This document shows positions 48,461 through 62,088 of a stretch of DNA of 64,000 bases, piece by piece. A program made the translations under genes and the position numbers. The notes under the pieces are model-generated. The model was not told the origin of the DNA and made no database searches. It saw only the letters and a list, made by a program, of their open reading frames with translations. This stretch comes from Mobula hypostoma (lineage: Eukaryota), in contig NC_086097.1 in the NCBI RefSeq assembly GCF_963921235.1, positions 156,552,001 to 156,616,000 of the forward strand. The letters run 5' to 3'. How positions within the stretch are numbered: position 1 is the first letter of the stretch; each line of letters starts with the position of its first letter.

Positions 48461-48741
48461 AACCCCACCACCTCTACCACACCACTTTTTACCCTTACAC
48501 ATAGATGCAACATCATCAAACTTGTGGCACTGAAAACATCTCAGAGGGGATCGTGCATAGACTCGAACCATATAACTCATATAACCTAAATTAACTGTAT
48601 CTGGTAACCTTTTACTGTCAAATTTAATCAACACTGATAAACTATCTGTTCTTATTCCACCACAAAACTCCTTTAAACATCTAGCGTCCACACCTTTTTC
48701 CCTGACTAAATTATTTTTAACTTGGTCAAACATATGAAGAG

Positions 48742-48821
48742 CAGGGGTTCCCAACCTGGAGTCCACAGACCCCTTGCTTGATGGCACTAGTCCACGGCAT
48801 AAAAATGATTGGGAACCCCTG
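48742..48821. mobile_element. 80-bp hAT (Charlie-type) MITE
   Basis: TIRs CAGGGGTTCCCAA/TTGGGAACCCCTG; right flank GTCTAGAA (left flank does not match); homologous to 60692-60771. Confidence 0.85.
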
Positions 48822-50139
48822 GTCTAGAAGCACTCCAATGATTACTCTGCAATGCGACTGTTGTTCAATATAATTCCTTGGTGTTATTTTCCTTCTTCCC
48901 ACAGCCTTTAACCATAAAGCTTTCTCACATTGCTTAATTTCTTTACAAAATACTATGTATGCCCAGCTCTTAAAGGTCTTGCGCCCACAATATCTTCCAA
49001 TGCTTTTTTTCAAATCCTCAGTAAATCTAATTGAGTTGATATCAGGAACAGGTCACATTCAAAACTCAGTAATACCTTAAACTCTTCCTTCCTTCTTTTA
49101 TTTACTCTTCTGTTTATTGCCTTCATCATTTGATGAGTCACTGCAATACTCAATTTACATATAATTTTCAAATTCCCAGAAATCTACCATTCGTCTTTCT
49201 TCAATACAACTACTATCACTCAATACTGTCTTCAATTCACTACTTCCATCTTCTTCATCACTTCTTGCCATCACACACTCTCCACACATCTTAACTACCT
49301 TCTCTACCCTCTCCCCTCCTTCCCATCAATCACTTATCAACTGGCCCTCTTGACTATGTCTGCCTGCTTTTATGCATATGACTGGCTGATTATATATTTC
49401 TATTAATGTACAGGTTTACCAAATAAAGTGCCCACTGAGTGAACATTGCAACATCGATAGTAGTTGCAACGGTCATTTAGAGTAGATTTGCGGAGGAATA
49501 ATATTTATATTGATTAACCATTGTTATCAGCCTTGTTAATTAAACATCATTATACTTGTATTAGCACCATTTACAGAGGATATTAAGTTCTCTTTTCCAA
49601 CTTTTGGGCTTCAGTCCATAATTCTCTAATTTTGTTGCAAAATTCCTCCACAAGCCACAAAATAAAAAGCATTTCCAATGTCACAAGATATAATTTTAAA
49701 ACTCCTTGTTGGGTAAAATTAATAATCATTATAGAACTCAGTGCTCAAACTCATCTATCACCAGGGCTTCCTTTCTGTGAAGCTGCTTACTGTCTCCTGT
49801 CTTTCCTCCATAATTAACAGGTTCTTACAAAATCTTACAGGACAAACTTTGAATATATTCTACAGGAATACAATAGCAGAACCCCTACTATGGCGCTAGG
49901 AGTTTTTCTGAGTGCAGATTCAACAAGTAAATGGTATCGTTATGACCACCAGGAATGTATAATTTTATTTGATAAACATGAAAGGCAAAACAAAACTGCT
50001 TGTTTTTGATATACTTCCTCTTTATGTTTAGTCTTATAAACCCAGAAGGATTGGCCTTTGATCTATCAGTATGGATGCGCATTGAACAAAATTCACATGT
50101 CAAATCCATATCAACAAAATCCTGATAGATAAGTTACAG

Positions 50140-51692
50140 AACTTGGACTTCCCAACTGGAAGACCACATCTGTGCAAACTGGTGATAGCATCTCCTCCTT
50201 GCCGTTAATGAACACAGGCGCACCTCAGGGATGTGTGCTTAGCCCACTGCTCTACTCTCCCTATGACTGTGTGGCTAAGTATAGCTCAAGTACCAGCTAT
50301 AAATTTGCTGATGATACAACCATTGTTGGTAGAATCTCAGCTAGAGATGAGAGGGAGTACAGGGGCAAGATATCCTGGTGGAATGGGTGGCAGCAACAAC
50401 CTTGTACTCAGTCAGTAAGACAAGAGAGCTGATTATGGACTTCAGGAAGGGTAAGACAAGAGAAGACAAACTAATCCTCATAGAGGGATCAAAAGTGGAG
50501 AGAGGGAGAAATTTCCAGTTCCTGGGTGTCAATATCTAACCTGGTCCCAAAACCTCAATGCAGCTACAGTATAAAGTAGGCAAGTCAGCAACCATAGAAA
50601 CATAGAAACATAGAAAACCTACAGCACAATACAAGCTCCATGTACCTATCAAGGAGTCTCTTAAAAGACCCTATTGTGTCCATCTCCACCACCGTCACTG
50701 GCAGCCCATTCTATGCACTCACCACTCTCTGCATAAAAAACTTACCCCTGACATCTCCTCTGTACCTACTTCCAATCACCTTAAAAGCTGTGTCCTCTTG
50801 TGTCAGCCATTTCAGTCCTGGGAAAAAGCCTCTGACTGTCCACATGATCAATGCCTCTCATCATCTTATACACCTCTATCAGGTCACCTCTCATCCTCCG
50901 CCACTCCAAGGAGAAAAGGCCAAGTTCACTGAACCTATTCTCATAAGGCATGCTTCCCAATCCAGGCAACATCCTTGTAAGTCTCCTGTGCACCTTTTCT
51001 ATAGTTTCCACATCCTTCCTGTAGTGAGGTGACTCCGAACCCAAGATCCTTCTGATCCTCCACACTGCCAAGAGTCTGCCAAGAGCAATATTTCATTAGG
51101 AGTTTGAAAAGATCTGGTATGTCAACAAAAACACTCAAAAACCTCTATAGATGTACCATGGAGAGCATTCTGACAGGCTGCATCACTGTCTGGTACGGGC
51201 GGGGTGCCTTTTGCATAAGGCAGCAAGACACTACGAAAAGTCATGAAATTAGTTATCTCCATCTTGGACACGAGCCTCCATAGTATCCAAGACATCTTCA
51301 AGGGGCAGTGCCTCAGAAATGTGACATCCATTATTAAGGACCTCCATCATCACCCAGTCATGCCCTTTACTCATTGTTACCATCGGGAAGGAGGTACAGA
51401 ATACTGAAGGCACACACTCAGCGATTCAGGAACAGCTTCTTCCCCTCTGCCATATGATTCCTAAATGAATATTGAACCCATGAATTTTTTTCCTTTTTTA
51501 AAATTTATATTATTTCTGTTTTTGCAGTACTTTTAATCTATTTAATATACATATATATATACTTACTATAATTGATATTTATATTTATTTTTGTCTTCTT
51601 TCAATATTATCATGTATTGCGTTGAACTGCTGCTGCTAAATTAGCACATTTCAAGACACATGCAGGTGACAATAAACCTGATTCTGATTCTG
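50140..51692 (+). mobile_element. Rex/Babar LINE 3' part with (ATTCTG)n tail
   Basis: NTGAPQGCVLSPLLYS and YKFADDTTIVG motifs; AATAAACCTGATTCTGATTCTG end. Confidence 0.87.
50593..51077 (-). mobile_element. CR1 3' fragment nested in the Rex element
   Basis: (CATAGAAA)n tail; RRLTRMLPGL...RMRGDLIEVYKMMRG. Confidence 0.87.
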
Positions 51693-53994
51693 TGGTGACA
51701 GAGGAATAAGTTATAAAATTAAGGAATACTAATTTTACATTCTCCTTAACAGATGTTTTCTTCCTTGTGGGCATATCCAGATATCTATCATGAAAATTAT
51801 TTTCTCAGTTATTTTGTTTATGAAGTTTGTTTGACACTCAAGCTATGTCAAACATTAAGAATTATAATGCTACTTGTACATCGATTTCTGTAAGGGAAAA
51901 CAGGCTAAAGCACCTGTCTGAACAGGTCCAGTTTCTGATAGTTATTTTATGGCTCTTGGATAGCTTTAATCCTCACTAATTGTGCCCAGAATCAATGAAG
52001 CAGAAAAATGCAGTTGGACAGCAAATATGGCATTTGAAGTGTTCTTCAAAAAACTACTAGATGAAACCGTAAAACAGTTGGTATAAGATTTTGAAGAAAA
52101 AAACACTTATCTCTGACTGGTCTCAGATCATCTCTCACTGTCTGATGCTTTACAACTATTGAGCTAGTCGGAGTTGATAGTATTCACTCTACACTGTGTC
52201 TGAAAATTCACGAGTTTAATTCCACCAAAGGCCTCTTCAAGGTCTTCATTATTCCGTTGGCAGGCAGACACATTCTAAATTTCATTCAATTGCACTCAGA
52301 TTTCTAGGTGATGATTTGAAACCTACAGATAAATTAAACTCAGTCAATTCTACTAAAGAATAACTAAGCTAATAAACTTCTGAATTATGAGTTAATAATG
52401 ATAACCCACTGTCGCTTTGTAGAAAGGCCATCCAGTTAGGTTGCTTCTAAACGATTAAGAGATTTGCATGCAAGAATTCAGTTTCAGATTTTTAGACTTA
52501 ATCATGTACTGCATGCACAGAACCCAAATAATATCTTTAATATATTAATAAAATTGGCTAAAGGTCTATCAAAAACAGTGCTATGATAGCTTACGCTGAA
52601 ATCATGCATTAACCTAGGACCTGCGCTGATGTTTATGAGAGTGCTCTCAGCTGAAAGTAGCTTTTGGCAAATTGCTGCACACCTAAAAGAGAAGGACATC
52701 ATTCCTTTAAGATATACATTCCGATGGCAACCATGAAGGAGAAAGATTTAAATGACAAGAAAATGGATTTAGCATAAAGGAGAGAATCTTTGGATTTAGC
52801 AAGAGTTAAATATAATAAAGTAGGTGCAATATTTTTATCCATGTTTTTAAAGGAACATATTCATACCCAAGCAACATTCTTCCAGCTATAGGAAGTGTTA
52901 CTAATTTATGAACTGATATTGCAATGATGGAAGGAGGGTGAGGGAATGTTTCCTGGGTGGTGGGGGAGGCCAGAGGAGTCTAGACAAGCTTGTAAAGAAC
53001 TATGCCTGTGAAATGCTCACTAATAATATATTAAAACAACAGTCATTTATACAGAATATTTAATATAAATCAGGAGTTCTCAAAGCATTTGAAGGAAAAA
53101 CATATTTTCATCGAGCAAGTTTAGTAAAAAGATTCAAGTTGAAGTTACTTTTTTTATAATATTTATTCACATGCCTTTGAGAGATGTGTACTCCAATAAA
53201 TACATTTTCAGAATCTAAGGATTTTCATATGTGGTATATTTTAAATAAGACGATTATATCAGGAATTACACAATCAAAGTTTTGCCCATATGATCAATGA
53301 TCTCTTAGGCAATTCCACATAAATTACATTGATGACCTATTTTATTTGCAAACTAAGTCTTTAAACTCAAGCACAATATAGTCTGCAATAAACTGTGCTT
53401 GGAGGACAAAATATTTGCGGTGATCAGTCATTATTTCAATGACTTTTCATCAGAAGTAGAACAGTGAGTAAGCAAGTTTGTTTCAAGTTTCATAGTAGGG
53501 AAAGGGTGGAAGACACCCTCTTAGAGTTCCCTCTAAGTTGCGTGGGTGTGTAGCTACTAAGTAACGGAAATGCTCTCACACAGATAACATTTGTTGCCAC
53601 ACAGCTGAGAAAAAGTTTATGAAATGTGTAAGATTTTCTTTTTGTTATACCATTCAATTAATAAATAAAATCAAGAGTAGGTGATCTTTCAATTTTCATT
53701 CTAAGTATTCATAATATGCATATTACAAAATAACCCATTTAAAGTGCCGCACAGTTTTCAGGGTGTGTAAACATTTGCTGTTCAGAGCAATGGTTGATCC
53801 TCACAGCTGTAAAAAAAAATAGAGGGAACTTCGCTGGAGGGAACAGAGGGATTGACTGTAACAGGCAGGTAGCTAAGGATTTTCAGGAAATACTATTTTA
53901 TGTGTCAATAGTCATAGAAGAAAAAGAAACAAAAGAGCAGGTTGAAACTATGAGAAGTGTTTAATAAATGAGCAACAGTTTTAATATCATTATT

Positions 53995-54388
53995 AGGGTA
54001 CAGGAGCCTTAGGTCCCACATCACTAGATTCAAGAACAGTTATTATCCTTCAACCATCCGGCTCCTGAACCAGTATGGATGACTTCACTCACCTTAACAC
54101 TGAATTGATTCTATAGCCTACAGACTCACTTTCAAGGAGTCTACAACTCATGTTTTCAATATTATTTATTTATATATGTACAGAATCTATTAATCTTTTC
54201 TTTTTTGTATTTGCTGTTTGTCTTCTTTTGCACAATTTGATATTTGTCAGACTTGTGCATAGTTTATCATTGATTCTATTGTATTTATTTGCTTCGAAGT
54301 CTGACTACAAGAAAATGTATCTTGGGGTAGTATATGGTGACATACAGTAGATCATTTTGCTAATTAATTTACTTTGAACTTTGAACAT
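53995..54388 (+). mobile_element. Rex/Babar 3' end
   Basis: Homologous to 32580-32982; ACTTTGAACTTTGAAC tail. Confidence 0.78.
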
Positions 54389-54439
54389 GAACACAAATGC
54401 ACAAATATTATTTTATGTTTCAAATATTTGTTGTATGGA

Positions 54440-56270
54440 GGCATAAAGTCATGGTCAATTTAGAAATGAATGACAGACAATTCATTGAACAGATAATGGA
54501 AGGACGATGTTCCAAGTAAATCTCCATGCACAATAAAGGTGTGGCCAAGATTTGGGAGTACTATAGAAAATGTTGATACATCCTGTATTACATTTGGGCA
54601 GAAGTGCCAAATTGTCTTCTTCTAGAGATCTCTGCTGTCACAAAAAACATTCTCTAGTGAGTCCAGTCAATTTCCAAAAGGAAGTTCCAATTCCTTACAA
54701 GTTTCATTTTTAAATAATTTTCCTAAAAATCAGTTTTTCCACAGTACATGAATAACATGAATGTTTATTAGGGCTTAAGGTTGACAAATGTCAAAGGTCC
54801 ACTAATTTACATTCTAGGAATTATGGTGGCATTGATAGTTTTCCTCTAAATTTTTTAAAATTCTGGACTTGTTTCTATTGCTTGGAAGGGAGACAAATTT
54901 AATCCTAATATTTTAAGAAGCAAAGATGGAAAAATCAAGGGGATAATAGACCAGCAATGATAATGCCTTTAGTCTGGAAAAATCTGGACTCTATTCTAAA
55001 GAATGCAACACTGGATTACTCGGAAAGCAATAATGAGATTGATGAAAGTTAGTGTGGTTTAATGAAAGGAGCCCTATAATACATAAGCAGCTCCTTCAAC
55101 CGAAATGCACATCCAAACTTGTCCATTAGCCAGTGTTTGGCCCTTAAACTTCTAAACTTTTCAGATCAAAGTACCTGTCCAAGTATCTTTTAAATATTGT
55201 TATTGTTCCTGCCTCAACAACTTTCACTAGCAGCTGATTCCACATGCATACCATCATCTGTGTCAAAAGTTACCCCTCAGATTTTCTTAAGCCTTTCCCC
55301 TCTTGTCCTTGATTCCCTAACTCTGGGGGAAAATAAATGCATTCACCTTATCTCTGTCCTTCATGATTTTATGTACTCTATAATATCACCTTTCAGTTTC
55401 CTGTGCTTCAAGGAAAGAAATCCTAGTCTGTCCATCCTCTCCCTCTGGCTCATTCACATGATCCTGGTAACATCACCGTAATTTCTTTTTCTGTACTCTT
55501 TCTGGTTTAATAACATACTTCCTATAACACGGTGCCCAAAACTGAACAAAATACTCCTTAAGGCCTTGTCAGTGCCTTGTAGAACCACATGATGACTTTT
55601 CAACTTCTGTATTCAATGTTCTAAAAGCCAACATGCCAATCACCCTGTCTACCTACAGTCCAAGGTCTGTGTCTGTTCGACAAGAAATCAAGATGAATTA
55701 ATTTACTGGAATTTTTGAAAGAAATAACTAATCAACTAGGTAAGGGAGAAACAGTGAATGTGAACTGTTTGGGCTTTAATGTAGTTTTGAATAAGATTTT
55801 TTTGACCCAGATGAATATTCTGAGTGGGCCAGCTTCAAAACCAGAAATGTGAGATCTCCGAATTAAGTTTCTTATCACTGACATGTGATATCTGTTGTTT
55901 TGTAGCAGCAATACAGTCAAGCACATTCAAATTACTGTAAATTACAATAAGAATACTGTATATAAAAACAAAATAAATAGCCTGAAAAGAGAGCAAAATA
56001 GTGGGATAATGTTCATGGGTTCCTGAACCATTCAGAAATCTGATTGTGGATAGGAAGAAGCTGTTCCAAAATGTTGAGTGTGCAACCTCAGGTTCCTGTT
56101 CCTTCTTTGAGATGGTGGTCGTGACAAGAGGGCATTTCCTGGAGAGCATCCTTACTGATGGATGCAGCTTTCTTGATATATCGCCTTTTGAAAGCGCCCT
56201 TGATGGTTGAGAGGTTACTGTCCATAATCGAGCTGGCGGAATCTACAACCTTCTGCAGCTCTTTCTGAAC
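54440..56270. mobile_element. Old CR1 (+) with nested CR1 (-, about 55070-55680), then a Rex 3' end (-, about 55840-56270)
   Basis: Degenerate similarity to the CR1 and Rex copies in this window (AAGGGCTTAAGGTTGACAAAT; TFWNSFFLSTIRFLNG). Confidence 0.6.
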
Positions 56271-56779
56271 ATATTCACTGGCTCCTTTTAAGCATTGTTT
56301 TAAGTTGCCTTCAACTTTGGGATTTTATTGGAGATGATTCTAACTGCAAATAAGAAAGCTGCAAATTTCTGTGGGATCACTGGGAATCTTCATAATTAGT
56401 GCAACTATTTACATCATTAGCACATGTAATGAGGTGATTGTGAATTGATTTAAACAGACATTCAAATTTAACTCCTCCGGCATGCGTTTCCCAGGGCTCG
56501 GCATCTGGCCAGTGAAAAGGGAATGGGATTGTGAGGCATTTCACAGTAGAATGTAAATTCATGTTGTCCAATATCATTAAAGCCTCATTGCCTACAGCTT
56601 CATTGCCAGTTCCCTTTATAAAAATACTTGCAGTTAATCCTTGCCAGCAGAGATGTTTCTGTGAATTTCTGCAGTTTTCAAATGGCCATCAACCGGATTG
56701 AGTACATCAGACCACAGTCAGTAAATAACAGTGTCTGACAGTAGAGAGAGTTTGGAGATAAAGAAACAGACACAAAAAA

Positions 56780-56912
56780 AAAGGCCTGATGAAGGATCTT
56801 GACCCAAAACGTCAACTTTTTATTCCCCTTCATAGATGTTGCCAAACTTGTTGAATTTCTCCAGGATTTTGTGTGTGTTGCTTAATATTTCCAGTATCAG
56901 CAGAATCTCTTT
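56780..56912 (+). mobile_element. Penelope terminal remnant with decayed hammerhead
   Basis: CCTGATGAAGGATCTTGACCCAAAACGTCAAC...CAGCAGAATCTCT. Confidence 0.7.
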
Positions 56913-57634
56913 TTTTTATTAAGTTCAATCGTGAACAATAGCCAGATCAGAAATGCTGATCAAATCAACTAGTTCTCAAAGAGAAATCTGATAGGCCAAT
57001 CAGATGGTTCACTACTGCTCAGCGATAGAACATTAAAAAAACACATATGTACAATTAAGAAATATTAAAGAATAGTAGAAATACTGGAGTCATGATGATC
57101 ATGATGAGGTCTGCTGGAGAGAGACATTTATGCACATGCTATCCTCCATAATTCAAAGTGATTGAAGTATGAGGTTGCATTTGTGAGTCTGATAAGAAAG
57201 AAGCTGAGAGGTTGGAGTACAGAAACCATTACTCAAATGAATACCTGACCAAAGGTCATATACCTGGAAGGTTAACTCTGTTTCACTTTCTAGCTGTATC
57301 TGAAGGTCAATGCCTCCACTTGTTCAGATTGACATGGTAAGTGGTTGCTGTCTCCTTGGAAAAGAACTGCTGCCTTCCTTTGTTTCTGATTCCTCTCATC
57401 AAACTCACCCAGGTCACCCAGGAGGAGGTTCCACATATATGTAAATAGAGGACATCTTGCCAACACTGTCCAAAAATGAACTGCAGGTAAGGGGAATTTA
57501 TTATGCAGCAAACAAGTTGAACTTACATTAGTGCTTTAAGGGGCAGAAGGGAAAAAAAAACAGTCAAATTGTTCTAAAAACAGGGAATGTAATAAAGGCA
57601 ATTATATACAAAAGTAAATAAACAGTGTCAGGTT

Positions 57635-60171
57635 AGAAATGTGTGCAATAAAGGAACAGCAGTTATAATGGGTGACTTCAATCTACATGTAGATTAGGTG
57701 AACCAAATTGGTAAAGGTGCTGAGGAAGAGGATTTCTTGGAATGTATGCGGGATGGTTTTTTGAACCAACATGTCGAGGAACCAACTAGAGAGCAGGCTA
57801 TTCTGGACTGGGTTTTGAGCAATGAGGAAGGGTTAATTAGCAATCTTGTCGTGAGAGGCCCCTTGGGTAAGAGTGACCATAATATGGTGCAATTCTTCAT
57901 TAAGATGGAGAGTGACAAAGTTAATTCAGAAACAAAGGTTCTGAACTTAAAGAGGGGTAACTTTGAAGGTATGAGACGTGAATTAGCTAAGATAGACTGG
58001 CAAATGACACTTAAAGGATTGACGGTGGATATGCAATGGCAAGCATTTAAAGGTTGCATGGATGAACTACAACAATTGTTCATCCCAGTTTGGCAAAAGA
58101 ATAAATCAAGGAAGGTAGTGCACCTGTGGCTGACAAGAGAAATTAGGGATAGTATCAATTCCAAAGAAGAAGCATACAAATTAGCCAGAGAAAGTGGCTC
58201 ACCTGAGGACTGGGAGAAATTCAGAGTTCAGCAGAGGAGGACAAAGGGCTTAATTAGGAAGGGGAAAAAAGATTATGAGAGAAAACTGGCAGGGAACATA
58301 AAAACGGACTGTAAAAGCTTTTATAGATATGTAAAAAGGAAAAGACTGGTGAAGACAAATGTAGGTCCCCTGCAGACAGAAACAGGTGAATTGATTATGG
58401 GGAGCAAGGACATGGCAGACCAATTGAATAATTACTTTGGTTCTGTCTTCACTAAGGAGGACATAAATAACCTTCCAGAAATAGTAGGGGACAGAGGGTC
58501 CAGTGAGATGGAGGAACTGAGCGAAATACATGTTGGTAGGGAAGTGGTGTTAGGTAAATTGAAGGGATTGAAGGCAGATAAATCCCCAGGGCCAGATGGT
58601 CTGCATCCTAGAGTGCTTAAGGAAGTAGCCCAAGAAATAGTGGATGCATTAGTGACAATTTTTCAAAACTCGTTAGATTCTGGACTAGTTCCTGAGGATT
58701 GGAGGGTGGCTAATATAACTCCACTTTTTAAAAAAGGAGGGGGAGAGAAACCGGGGAATTATAGACCGGTTAGCCTAACGTCGGTGGTGGGGAAACTGCT
58801 GGAGTCAGTTATCAAGGATGTGATAACAGCACATTTGGAAAGCGGTGAAATGATCGGACAAAGTCAGCATGGATTTGTGAAAGGAAAATCATGTCTGACG
58901 AATTTCATAGAATTTTTTGAGGATGTAACTAGTAGGATGGATAGGGGAGAACCAGTGGATGTGGTATATTTGGATTTTCAAAAGGCTTTTGACAAGGTCC
59001 CACACAGGAGATTAGTGTGCAAACTTAAAGCACACGGTATTGGGGGTAAGGTATTGGTGTGAATGGAGAATTGGTTAGCAGACAGGAAGCAAAGAGTGGG
59101 AATAAACGGGACTTTTTCAGAATGGCAGGCGGTGACTAGTGGGCTACCGCAAGGCTCAGTGCTGGGACCCCAGTTGTTTACAATATATACTAATGACTTG
59201 GATGAGGGAATTAAATGCAGCATCTCCAAGTTTGCGGATGACACGAAGCTGGGTGGCAGTGTTAGCTGTGAGGAGGATGCTAAGAGGATGCAGGGTGACT
59301 TGGATAGGTTGGGTGAGTGGGCAAATTCATGGCAGATGCAATTTAATGTGGATAAATGTGAAGTTATCCACTTTGGTGGCAAAAATAGGAAAACAGATTA
59401 TTATCTGAATGGTGGCCGATTAGGAAAAGGGGAGGTGCAACGAGACCTGGGTGTCATTATACACCAGTCATTGAAAGTGGGCATGCAGGTACAGCAGGCA
59501 GTGAAAAAGGCGAATGGTATGCTGGCATTTATAGCGAGAGGATTCGAGTACAGGAGCAGGGAGGTACTACTGCAGTTGTACAAAGCCTTGGTGAGACCAC
59601 ACCTGGAGTATTGTGTGCAGTTTTGGTCCCCTAATCTGAGGAAAGACATCCTTACTTTAGAGGGAGTACAAAGAAGGTTCACCAGATTGATTCCTGGGAT
59701 GGCAGGACTTTCATATGAAGAAAGACTGGATGAACTGGGCTTGTACTCGTTGGAATTTAGAAGATTGAGGGGGGATCTGATTGAAACGTATAAGATCCTA
59801 AAGGGATTGGACAGGCTAGATGCAGGAAGATTGTTCCAGATGTTGGGGAAGTCCAGAACGAGGGGCCACAGTTTGAGGATAGAGGGGAAGCCTTTTAGGA
59901 CCGAGATTAGGAAAAACTTCGTCACACAGAGAGTGGTGAATCTGTGGAATTCTCTGCCACAGGTAACAGTTGAGGCCAGTTCATTGGCTATATTTAAGAG
60001 GGAGTTAGATATGGCCCTTGTGGCTACGGGGGTCAGGGGGTATGGAGGGAAGGCTGGGGCGGGGTTCTGAGTTGGATGATCAGCCATGATCATAATAAAT
60101 GGCGGTGCAGGCTCGAAGGGCCAAATGGCCTACTCCTGCACCTATTTTCTATGTTTCTATGTTTCTATGTT
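57635..60171 (+). mobile_element. Young CR1 LINE, 5'-truncated within the endonuclease; ORF2 has two nonsense codons at expected Trp positions (57695-57697, 59060-59062)
   Basis: IMGDFN, SDH, YLDFQKAFDKVPH, PQGSVLGP and KFADD motifs; (TTTCTATG)n tail. Confidence 0.95.
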
Positions 60172-60691
60172 GTTTTTAAATGGGTTTTGACTGAAGAAGC
60201 AAAGTTATCATCTTTAAAGCAATAGCCAGTATGTGCAGGCATCTGTAATAATTCCTCTGGCTATCTTCCAACATGTGCAGATACTGAGAATGAAAAAAAA
60301 AACACTCCAGTAATATTTAGTAGCCAGGCAACACCTGCAGAAAAAAACTGAGTTAATCCTTCAGGCTGACAAACTTTTGTCAGGATTTTTGAAACAATGA
60401 GACGACAATGACCTGAAACATGAACTTTTGTTTTGTCTCTCTACACCCATTGAGGACTTCCAGAATTTTCTGAACTTCTTTCAGGTTTTCTGTATTGATA
60501 GTGTTTTTTGTGATACAGTTGTCTTGAAATTGGATCACACTGTTCCATATTTGTGAGTGTCTCAGAATCTAAATTCTAAGAAGATAACAGATTAAAGAAA
60601 AATAGGTTTGCACCGCATGGATTGTGAAGTCCACAATTTTCGTTTTTGGCCGTATATGCATCTAAAGTATAGCACGTAGAAACCTCTAGAT

Positions 60692-60771
60692 CACGTGTTC
60701 CCAACCTGGGGCCAATGGACTCATCAGTTAATGGTAGGGGTCCATGCAAAAAATACATTGGGATATCCCTG
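60692..60771. mobile_element. 80-bp hAT MITE, second copy
   Basis: 8-bp TSD CTCTAGAT/CTCTAGCT; degenerate TIRs. Confidence 0.8.
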
Positions 60772-61599
60772 CTCTAGCTATATGCAGAGGCATTCAGTGT
60801 TATGCAGACACATATTTAGATGCATCTTCATTGACCAAGTGTATTCCTACATGACTTAAATGAGAACCACCTAAGCCATTGGTCCCAGGTTCCTTGTCAA
60901 TGGTTGGAACTAACGTAATTAAGTTTACTTTTGTTTTCCCCAAACTAATACTCTGAGAATTGCGTTAACACCAACACAAGTTTATGACATTCATAGAGTC
61001 ATGGATACTGGTCCTTTAGCCCAAATGGTCCATGTCGACCAAGATTCCCATCTAAGCTGACTATTTACCTACAATTGGTTCATATCACTCTATATATTTT
61101 TTCGCTATCCATGTACCCATCCAATAATAATTGGACCTTTCAAATGTTGTTTATGTACCTGCCTCAGCCACTTCCTCTGACAGTTCATTCATACACTGAC
61201 CACTCGCTGGGTGAAAAAAATGTCCCTCAGGTTCCTAGTAAATCTCTCTCCTCTCACCTACACTTATCTGATCACTGTCAACTAATCTTCACCACAACAG
61301 CAATCTCAAACTCTAGTTCAACTACCACCAGTGATCAACAGTTTGAAACCATAAAATTCACTCCCACTGCCAGTCCATAACCCATGATGGCTATTATGCC
61401 CTTGCTTCCTTGCAATCACCTACTCCCAATAAGCCACTAATATTTTTTTTGGTAACTGTTTGGCAGATCAGGTGGGTATCAGGATTACTGGCTGATCAAT
61501 GCATACAAAAGATGAAAAATATCCCTCTCATTCCTGGAGTTTAAACATTAACACTATCATTTCTATGTTCAAGCCAGTCATACGGTTACTAATCACAGT

Positions 61600-62088
61600 C
61601 TTCCATGGTTGGCAAGATGTTAGTGTCATTTATTAAGGATGAGCTTGAAGCACATGATAAAATAGGCTGAAGTCAGCATGGTTTCCTCAAGGGAAATATA
61701 TTGCTGACAAATCTATTGGAATTCATTGAGGAAATGACAGGGAGGTTAGACAAACGAGAGTCAATGGGTGCTGTTTACTTGGATTTTCAGAAGGCCTTCC
61801 ACAAGGTGCTGCTAAACAAGAGTCCATGGTATTACAAGAAAGAAGCTACATGGACAGAAGGTTAGCTGACAGGCAGAAGTCAATAAAATAGGAATAAAAG
61901 TGGCCTTTTCTGGTGACTGCCGGTAATTAGTGTTTTTTCTCAGAGGTCTGTGTTGAGGTGATCCTGCTCATTCTTAAATCATATGCTAACAATATGGATG
62001 ATGGAATTGATGGTTCTGTAGCCATGTTTGTGGATAATTCAAAGATAGGTGGAGGAGCAGGTCATATTGAGAAAGCAGGGAGTCTGCA
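61600..62088 (+). mobile_element. Older CR1 RT fragment
   Basis: AGTCAGCATGGTTTC...TACTTGGATTTTCAGAAGGCC (SQHGF...YLDFQKA). Confidence 0.8.

Larger units (their letters stand above)
47413..49337 (-). mobile_element. I-group (Nimb-like) LINE, internally deleted, (GAA)n tail
   Basis: ORF1 remnant LPDTVNLGYMSY...PLRCFQCHKF (gag-like knuckle); APE remnant GNGGGIAIFVK; 3' GTAGGTGGTGGTAATGCACCTT; degenerate TSD CAACTGAACCTCT/CAACTGGCCCTCT. Confidence 0.72.
47007..49441. mobile_element. Tc1/mariner-type non-autonomous element hosting a LINE
   Basis: TIRs CCCTCTGTGGCTACTTTATTAGGTAC (after TA at 47005-47006) and TTTACCAAATAAAGTGCCCACTGAGTG; an extra inverted TIR copy at 47042-47063. Confidence 0.72.

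Noticed and set aside
57294..57486. Two possible small exons ending in GTAAG
   Set aside because: The second has stops in all frames; the first has an acceptor overlapping a repeat remnant and no recognisable peptide.
59401..60093. Long antisense ORFs over CR1 (230 aa; also 58978-59382, 62539-62943, 62962-63486)
   Set aside because: These are shadow frames of CR1 ORF2 with no independent evidence of coding function.
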